From Octopus vulgaris (taxonomy: Eukaryota), in NCBI GenBank assembly GCA_951406725.2, contig OX597816.1:35030001-35094000 (forward strand): a stretch of DNA of 64,000 nucleotides, written 5' to 3'. Below are positions 55,731 through 64,000 of this stretch, piece after piece; the stretch's first letter is position 1, and every line of letters starts with the position of its first letter. The position numbers and the translations under genes were made by a program. The notes beneath the pieces were generated by a model. It was not told the DNA's origin and searched no databases. It saw only the letters and a list, made by a program, of their open reading frames with translations.

Positions 55731-56020
55731 AAATATATATATTTATGTGTGTGTGTGTGTAAGTGCATGTGAGTGAGTTTACGCACGAAATTCTTTATTT
55801 GCAGGGAGTGTTGGAATGTATGATGTAAGGTATCAACTATTTGGGAAAAATTTGAAAATCAATCTACCTTTTCCTTGTATTTATTTATAAGTATATCCTG
55901 TGTCGAAAAAATATATAAGAGTAATCCTTCAGTTTAATGTTAGATCTTTTTCTGCAACTTCACTTAGAAATAAACGCATACATGACACGCGCGCGCACAA
56001 CCACACACAGATATACAAAC

Positions 56021-56021
<1 letters not shown>

Positions 56022-56096
<75 letters not shown>

Positions 56097-56123
56097 GTAT
56101 ATATTTATGTATATATGTATATA

Positions 56124-56179
<56 letters not shown>

Positions 56180-56300
56180 CATACATGCATGCATACATAC
56201 ATACATAGATACACACATACATGCATATATGCATACATACATACATAGATACACACATACATGCATATATGCATACATATATGCACATACACATGCGTAG
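56022..56300. repeat. (TA)/(CATA) compound microsatellite
   Basis: Dinucleotide and tetranucleotide runs. Confidence 0.9.
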
Positions 56301-57429
56301 ATATTTATGTGCGTATGTATGTACGTATTTTCTAGCTTCAGCTGCAACATTTTTACAATTCTACATATTCTTGTGGTTTATTTCCCCAGAAACATTTAAT
56401 TAAGAATATTCTCACTTACGTGCTTCCATTCTGTTTCTTTGTTTTTCCTTTCTAGCACAAGTTTTACACATATAGCAATATTTACAGCAGCAAAAACTTT
56501 ATCTTGGAAAACTTTAAAGAATATTACCTTCTAAAAATATTACATATATATATACCAGTAGCGCCGGTAGAGAGTTTCTTCAAATGAAGGCGTATGCATG
56601 ATTGCCACTCCCGTGTGAGCCTCTGCAACCGCAGCAGACACTGCCCCACCATCAGCAGCTGACACAATTTCTTTGGGCGCAGATTTAATGTCTCTTGAGA
56701 CTGACAGATTCGTAGTATTGCATTATTTTTAAATGCCAAAGCATAGCAGTTTATTAATTATATGACACAAACCGGTAAGGAGCAAAACAAATATGAGTTG
56801 AACGCTTCCATTAAACATGGTTCAAATGAATTCACGTTCAAGAGAGAGAAGTTGAGCCATGCATGTGTTTCCTCGCCATCAAGTGGTTAACAACTACAAG
56901 TAAATGCTTCAAATGATCTTATTTTTTAAAAAAATAGTGCTCTGTCCATCCCTTTTTCAGTTCTCATAATACTCATGGAACTTTTCCTCTCAGTGAAAAT
57001 ATCATGGTATAAAGCGAGCTGGGTTGGAATGGAATTATAACAACGAAATGCGGTAAGTAATAGGAAAATATTTTATTCGGAATCAGAAACTAGTAGCAAG
57101 TTTATGAATATCTGCGAGAAAATAAAATTGAGAAAAATAAATTGAATCTTCTATTTTCAAATACATATGTTAATTTTAATACTCTGTTCGAAGGTTGAGA
57201 CTTTACTTGCATAAAGTATTTGAAGAATACTAAAAACACAAAACTGCCAAAAGAAAAAAGCGAATCATGTATGCAAAGAAAGCAAATCCTTGATGCAAAC
57301 CATACTTTGTAATGCTAAAGCAGTGTGACTGTTCAAAAACAAGATCTTTATATTTCGGTGAATATTCAGTAGCAAAAATGCACGGCGATAATTCTTGCGA
57401 TTATTCGTACCGAGTGCACATGCAGCCAA

Positions 57430-57550
57430 GTTCGATATCGCATATCCTCATTTCGGGTTCGATAAAATATGTACCAGCCCAACACTGGGGTTAATGTAAT
57501 CGACTTGCACCTTCCCTCACAATTGGTGTCTTGTACTAAAATTTAAAATT
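57430..57550 (+). mobile_element. Old SINE family B fragment
   Basis: TTTCGGGTTCGATAAAATATGTACCAG...CACTGGGGTTAATGTAATCGACT. Confidence 0.6.
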
Positions 57551-58599
57551 AGTATTTCGGTAAATGATCTTTCGATGTAGGGGTTAAATGTATTAAGTAC
57601 TCTTGATATCGTTGTGATCAGCGCCGAGAGCGAGGAATTGATGCAATGGGACAATATCAATTTGGGAAAAAATACTTATCAGAAAGTTTGCTGTTACTTC
57701 TAGCATGTTAACGTTATCAATTCGGTTTCCTTAATTTCCTCTACTGACCATCTAATTACTGGTAGAGTACAATGGATGTTACACGGTTCAAACTGCCATT
57801 TTATGTATACCTATATGTTTGGTGTGTGTTTGTGTGTGTGCGCTAGAAATCACATTGAAGTTCGACCACTTTTCGTCCCACAAGCTTTTTTTCTCCTCTA
57901 CTATTAATAAGGAGATTTTCAATATTAGATTTTCATATTCTAGATTTTCATAAGTAAGCTTAAATATGTTGTTTTCAGAAATGGTGTCATTTCGTAGCTT
58001 AAATACAAATTTCCATTTTTAACAGTTTCTGATTCAACAAAGACTTATTTCCAGCAGTTAATTGAGGTTTTATACAAAACTATATTACTGCCACTTTGTT
58101 GTTTTAAGATGATTCAATTTTTCTTTAATATAACAGACTCATAATAATTACTAAATGTCAAGAGTTACATCCATTCCAGTTAGATATCTTTTTACCTCAT
58201 ATGTATGTTGACGTGATTTGTCTTTCATATGAATAGTTAATATTCAATTTAGAATTTCAATTTACGCGTTAATGGACCATTTTCGAATATTTATTATATA
58301 TTAATAAGCTGTTTAGCCAACCAGATTTCTACGACGGTGACTTAAAATGTAGCGGACCAACCGCTGTCTTTAATAAAATTAAACTCATTTAATTCCATAA
58401 AGAGTTAGATTTCCGAGAGGGCGTAGAGATGTGTGTCAAAAAAGGAATGCATATTTTAAGATTAGTATTTACCAACAGATTTGCGTACAACACTCACACA
58501 CACAACATATTTCCGCGTATGTGCGTACATGTCTCTTTCTTTCTCTTTTTCTCCCCACTCTCTACCCCCTCTCTCTCTCTTTTTATATATATATATATG

Positions 58600-58707
58600 C
58601 TTCTTCCCTTCTTTCCTGAGCGTCCAATAATACTTTATTTGTTCCACGTCCTCGCGTTGTTGTGTTTTTTTGGGGGATTTTTTTTGTGTTTTCTTGTTTC
58701 GATTAAC

Positions 58708-58758
<51 letters not shown>

Positions 58759-58949
58759 CAAATAAGAAAATGGAGGAACAAATTCATTTCAATCATCAAC
58801 TTACAGATATTACCATTTCATATACCAGCAGTATATTGGATAACTGATATCCCATAATGTGTTGGGTTACCCTCATAACCCCTATATTACTTTGTACTAT
58901 ATATATATATATATATATAGATATGTATTTATGTATGTATGTATGTATG

Positions 58950-59001
<52 letters not shown>

Positions 59002-59110
59002 TAATCCAAACAAGAAAACACAGAAAAAAGAGAAAAAAAGAGAAAAAAAACACAGCAACGCGAGGACGTGGAACAATTAAAGTATTATTGACGCTCAGGA
59101 ATGAAGGGAA
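58600..59110. mobile_element. Convergent inverted pair of PLE-type ends around (TA)n and a third insert
   Basis: 58600-58710 is the reverse complement of 58997-59110 (TTCCTGAGCGTC...CCACGTCCTCGCGTTG). Confidence 0.7.
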
Positions 59111-59816
59111 TGCAGATAATTCTTGTAATTTCGTTTAACCGAAAAATAGAAATAGGATTGAAGACGGATGTGCTCAGTTTACACTGAGACGAATGGAAAT
59201 ATTGAAATTGAAAGGTATAAGGAATAAACGCTCTAATCGGTCAAAGCCAATTTATAACGTTCCCATATTATCATAAATCGAACATAAGTATATATTAGAA
59301 CAACAGTGTATCCAATGGTAAAACCCAATAGTGTAAAGTATTCACATATATACGAATAAAAGGTGATAAACCCCAAAAGGTTAATAAGAATGAAGTGGAA
59401 TGAAGAAAAATATGCGGATTAAATTGATGCATAATAAAAGCGACACATGTTTCAGGCAATGAAACTAAAATATATAAATATAGATATAAATACAAAAGGC
59501 AAAGCAGTAACTAGAAAAAAAGTCTATTCAAATCAATCGCAGGAGAAATTGATGCAACGTCATTTCTCATATCAACATGCAATAAGCCTGTTTTTCTTAT
59601 TTAATCATATGCCAACTTTGGAAATTTGTTGAAACTTCAAAATTGCATGTGAACTTATTGTACCTCTGTACAGTTTCCTTCTCTTCGCTAGAGAATATTT
59701 GGCCAATAAAACGTGAAATGGTTCTGACCACTGAGTCAAGTTTTTGGCAAATCCACACGCTTATACTTGAACAAAATCTATTCAACTCTCGGTCTAGAGA
59801 TATAAAGATTGCTCCT

Positions 59817-59855
<39 letters not shown>

Positions 59856-59858
<3 letters not shown>

Positions 59859-60158
59859 CGTGATCCCCGTGACCGACCAGGCCATCATATGTTGCTACAC
59901 ATCGCTGGTCACAATGCGCTTCACATTGTTTTAGCCTTCAAATGACGCCACACCGTTGGCTAAGCGAGCAAGCCAACAGAAGAAAGAGTGAGAGAAAGGT
60001 GTGACGAAAGAGTACAGCAGCGATCGTCACCTGCCGGAGTCTCGTGGAGCTTTAGGTGTTTTCGCTTAATAAACACTCACAACGCCCGGTCTGGGAATCG
60101 AAACCTCGATCCTAGGACTGCAAGTCCGCTGCCGTAACCACTGGGCCATTGCGTCTCC
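59856..60158 (-). mobile_element. tRNA-derived SINE family C, near full length
   Basis: Minus-strand head GGAGACGCAATGGCCCAGTGGTTACGGCAGCGGACTTGCAGTCCTAGGATCGAGGTTTCGATTCCC (A and B boxes); lies between (TA)n and (CA)n. Confidence 0.85.
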
Positions 60159-60924
60159 ACACACACACACACACACACATACACACACACACACACATAT
60201 ATATATATACAGAGAGAAAGAGAGAAAGAAAGATAAGTAACTAGATAGATAAGTTGAATTCAGTTACTACGTTATAAAGATAAATCTTGGAGCAAATATA
60301 TATAGAAATGCTAAAATACAGAAGTTAAACTAAATGACCTTTTGTAGAAATAAGACAAATTTGTCTCGATATCTAAGATTATGTCCTCAATTTCAAAACA
60401 ACTTTAAGCTATATTGGTTGTGAGATTGTGTTGATACATAACATTATTCAACAACTTCAAAATCTAATATATCTTTTATTACCCAAGATTTCATATATAA
60501 TTTCATTCAGTTTTCAATAAAATTGAGATAAAAATCTTCACGGATGTTCCATTTAGTCTGTTTACTGGTTAATACTTTACATTATATTGTCTGACTTTAT
60601 TCATCTAATATTATTGATTCAGTAGTTATGAGGTTAGTTTAGTATAGACAAATAGTTACTTTAAAGATCAAATGAGTACTTTATTCAATGCTCTACAATT
60701 TGAAGACGAATTAAGAATAAAGAACTCTAAACTTCTCAGCACAATTATTATGTATGCTGAAGACGCGTACAAAGTTTATAGTTACAAAACGAGTAAGGTG
60801 TCTAATCATTCCCAAATAATATAAATGTATTAATCATTTAACTACAGTATAGCACGAAAAGTGGTAAGAACAACATCGTCACTAATTTTCCGTTCAAATT
60901 TTTGCACATGGCTAGCTATGTCGG

Positions 60925-61100
60925 GGAGGGACTAATTCGATTACATCGATTTAGTTTTCAACTGCTACTTATTTTATTGATTCCGAAAAGCTGAAAGGCA
61001 AAGTTAAACTCCGCAAAATTTGGACACAGAACGTACAAACATACTAAATTCCACCAAGCATTTTGGCCGGCGAGTTAATGATTCAGCTAGTTCGCTGACT
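60925..61100 (-). mobile_element. Old SINE family B copy
   Basis: CGATTACATCGA...TACTTATTTTATTGATTCCGAAAAGCTGAAAGGCAAAG...AAGCATTTTGGCCGGCG is a decayed reverse complement of family B. Confidence 0.7.
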
Positions 61101-62046
61101 AACGCTTCGTGAGAAATAGTAAGAGCGCTAACGATAATAAAAAAATGAGTAGCATACTCGTTCTTCTAGATATCGTATTTTGTGATTGAACTGATTTAAT
61201 TATTCCAAAAATTAATTTCCTTAGATTTAGATCATTAATTTAGAAATCCGCCATTTTATCATTTGAAAATGTCTCACTAAAATATTATACCTTGAATATA
61301 GACACCGACTGAAATTTTAGCAGACGGAAACATGGAATTACTTTTACAGAGCAAAAATTATAAATTCTGCTACAGATGATTTGGAGATGTTTTTCACTTT
61401 AAGTATTTCTCTACACAACTACATAGAAACCTTTGAACTTGTGTAGCAACATGCTGAATCACAGAATGATGCAAAATTTCGCATTCATTCTACAATTTAA
61501 ATGTGTGTCACCTATAGTAGTATCCGTTTCTAAATACATTTCACGGAAAATGTTTGCTTGTCAAGTTCGCCACACCGAGGATATATTTGGTTTTCTGCAC
61601 ACAAAATAAGGATTTTACGCCCCAACTTAGTCAATAGCCTGAACATGGGGGTCACCTTTCTGAATCTGATGTAATGGCTATTCTGAAAAAATTATCCAAG
61701 ATGCTACACAAGGAGTTAATCTAAATAAAACATTCCAAATGCATCCATATGTGTAATGTTAGGATTGTATTGAGAATGAAGTTGAGTGCTCAGACGAATT
61801 GAAAATATATATTATGTCTCTTATCAATAAGTTGACCTGTCAAATCACAGGATATTGAACATCTTCCACCATTACCATTATATTTATTAATGCACACCGG
61901 AATCAAATTCTTCATAGCTCAAAAACCAATGATGCAAAGTATATATCAGGATACCGTATGAAAAACTTTCCAGTGTATGAATGTTGAGTGTGTGGGTGTG
62001 CTTGTAATTGTATATCTATCGTATATATATATATGTTTGTGTGTGT

Positions 62047-62088
<42 letters not shown>

Positions 62089-63099
62089 GAGTGTGTGTTT
62101 GTGCGTGTGTGTGAGCAAGTGTATGTGTGTGTGTGTGCGAGTGTATCGAAATCATACTTTTAACAAATTGGTTCTTTTAGTGTTAAAGCGCCAATGGAAA
62201 ACACATTGTGATACAGTAACGAAAAAACATTAGTCATTATTTATACGCTGAAAGGAATACTAAATTACATTGTATGCACACAAATTTACACGAAAATACG
62301 TGTATAGTTAAACATACCTACATAAAAACACTCACACGCACATATATACATACATATATGTGTGCCTGTGTGTATAAATGTGTGTGTTCCTGCATACACA
62401 CCCATATTATCATATATCTGAGAGATAACTAGAGGTAACGCATATGTTTGAAATTGTAGATGTAATAGAAACATCCATTGGCTATCGTATTTTCATGAAT
62501 AAATCTCTGACTAGGCTCTGTAATTATTATACACATCCGTACAGTGTTATTCTATAATTACATTGGTAAAGAATTAGCAGGATTCATTAGCATAAAATGC
62601 TACAAAATGTCATTGAATTAATATTACAATCAGCACTCTTATCATACTATCTGTTATCATTCTCATATAAATGTGTAACTTTGTGTGTGTGTGTTTGTGT
62701 GTGCGAAAGAGAGTGTTGTATGGACGCCCCCCAGACGATGAAGTAGACTAGCCCAATAAGTAGATGTAGCGGGAGAAATTTAGACGTCAAGCGGAGTTGG
62801 GTTAAGTAGAATGCATCCGAACGTGCGACATAACAGCAATATATATATATATCATTTTTGCTTTGGTTAGTAAGATTCTTTATTTGAGTTCTTGTGTTGA
62901 AGCATATTCCGTTGTGTATGGGGAAAGTCATTTCCTTGTTGTGCCTTATAATGTAACACACTCACCGGTAAAATTTCCAGTTATTTCTTATTTTTATTTT
63001 CCTAAAATTTTCGTTGCGTCTTGCAACGTTTTCAATAGTTTTGACTATAAGGCACAAAAAGACAATGACTCTCCCCAGACACAACAGTTTATATATATA

Positions 63100-63150
<51 letters not shown>

Positions 63151-63155
<5 letters not shown>

Positions 63156-63330
63156 GGAAGCTTTATGAACATAAACAAAAGACGAAGGCAGGTGGAATAC
63201 AAACAAACAATTGTATTAGTATAGCGCTCAGGAATATAAATAAAACAAGTCTTTTACGTTTCGAGCCTACGCTCTTCAACAGAAAGATACACAGAAACGA
63301 AACACAGAAAGAAACAAGGAGAGAAAAAAA
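63151..63330 (-). mobile_element. PLE pLTR-type family X end with a minimal hammerhead motif
   Basis: Minus strand CTTTCTG-TTGAAGA-GCGTAGGCTC-GAAACGTA-AAAG at 63251-63286; in (TA)n. Confidence 0.7.
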
Positions 63331-63619
63331 ATATATATATATATACATTCCCACCTAGTCCTTTTTTAGTTAAATCATAAAGATCGTATGATAAAAAAGT
63401 AGCATATATATTGAAAGATTCCTAAAAACGGGCAATTTTAAGAAGATATTTATAAAGGCTTCTTTAATTTCATGATTTGATTTCTGCTTGATAATGTTCA
63501 TGTCCTTTTAATACCAGATATATAAGGTAAGAATTTATAAAATGCAAAGTATTGCGATGTAACAGTGGCAACGAGGATTTCGTAGCTCACACAGCCACTG
63601 TGTAGTATTGCGACATAAT

Positions 63620-63650
<31 letters not shown>

Positions 63651-63654
63651 AATA

Positions 63655-63722
<68 letters not shown>

Positions 63723-63725
63723 GAG
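63620..63725. repeat. (GA)n/(GAAA)n microsatellite
   Basis: Purine repeat runs. Confidence 0.95.
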
Positions 63726-64000
63726 AGGCTACCCAACATTTTCGAAGTAAACTAATAAAAATTATATTCATTTTCTTACAATTCGCCGTTTGCCATCAAA
63801 TATTACCAGCTACTTTTAACAATAGCAGATCTGACTTTGATCTGGATTTCTAATAAAATTTCAGCTCGTATTCAGTTTGATCTGCCGGTGTGGCTGCGTT
63901 GGTTTAAGTTGGAAAGCTAAAGCAATATTATACCACAGAGTAATATTTGATTCCCAGACTCAAAATGTTTACATTGTTTACTTTTAAGAACAACATATGC

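Noticed and set aside
56961-57051. Plus-strand exon candidate (TTTTTCAG...GCG|GTAAGT)
   Set aside because: Stops in all three frames; no further support
60080-60158. tRNA gene
   Set aside because: tRNA-like head continues into a SINE body found elsewhere in the window; no proper acceptor stem

Overview
AT-rich, repeat-saturated eukaryotic genomic DNA, intronic or intergenic in character. The SINE families, extreme (TA)/(CA)/(ATT) microsatellite load and rDNA style suggest an octopus or other cephalopod (inference). No intact host gene is supported, and almost all long ORFs in the track are microsatellite artefacts. Recognisable content: an orphan rDNA pseudogene (18S 3' end-ITS1-5.8S-partial ITS2, ~38.2-39.3 kb); a full-length dead mariner with TIRs; Tc1, Chapaev3-like and Helitron remnants; a cluster of R4/Dong-like RLE retrotransposons in (TAA)n; CR1- and RTE-like LINE fragments; several tRNA-derived/Meta-type SINEs with TSDs; and many Penelope-like (PLE) fragments. 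The most notable signal is a set of short non-coding elements embedded in (TA)n that carry type I hammerhead ribozyme folds, often in inverted or directly repeated arrangements. These include a candidate with the rare compensatory G3:C8 core (minus strand, 41999-42048) and a 551-bp direct-repeat unit with a complete GUC hammerhead (42239-42865). All folds and family assignments were read by eye and need computational and biochemical confirmation.
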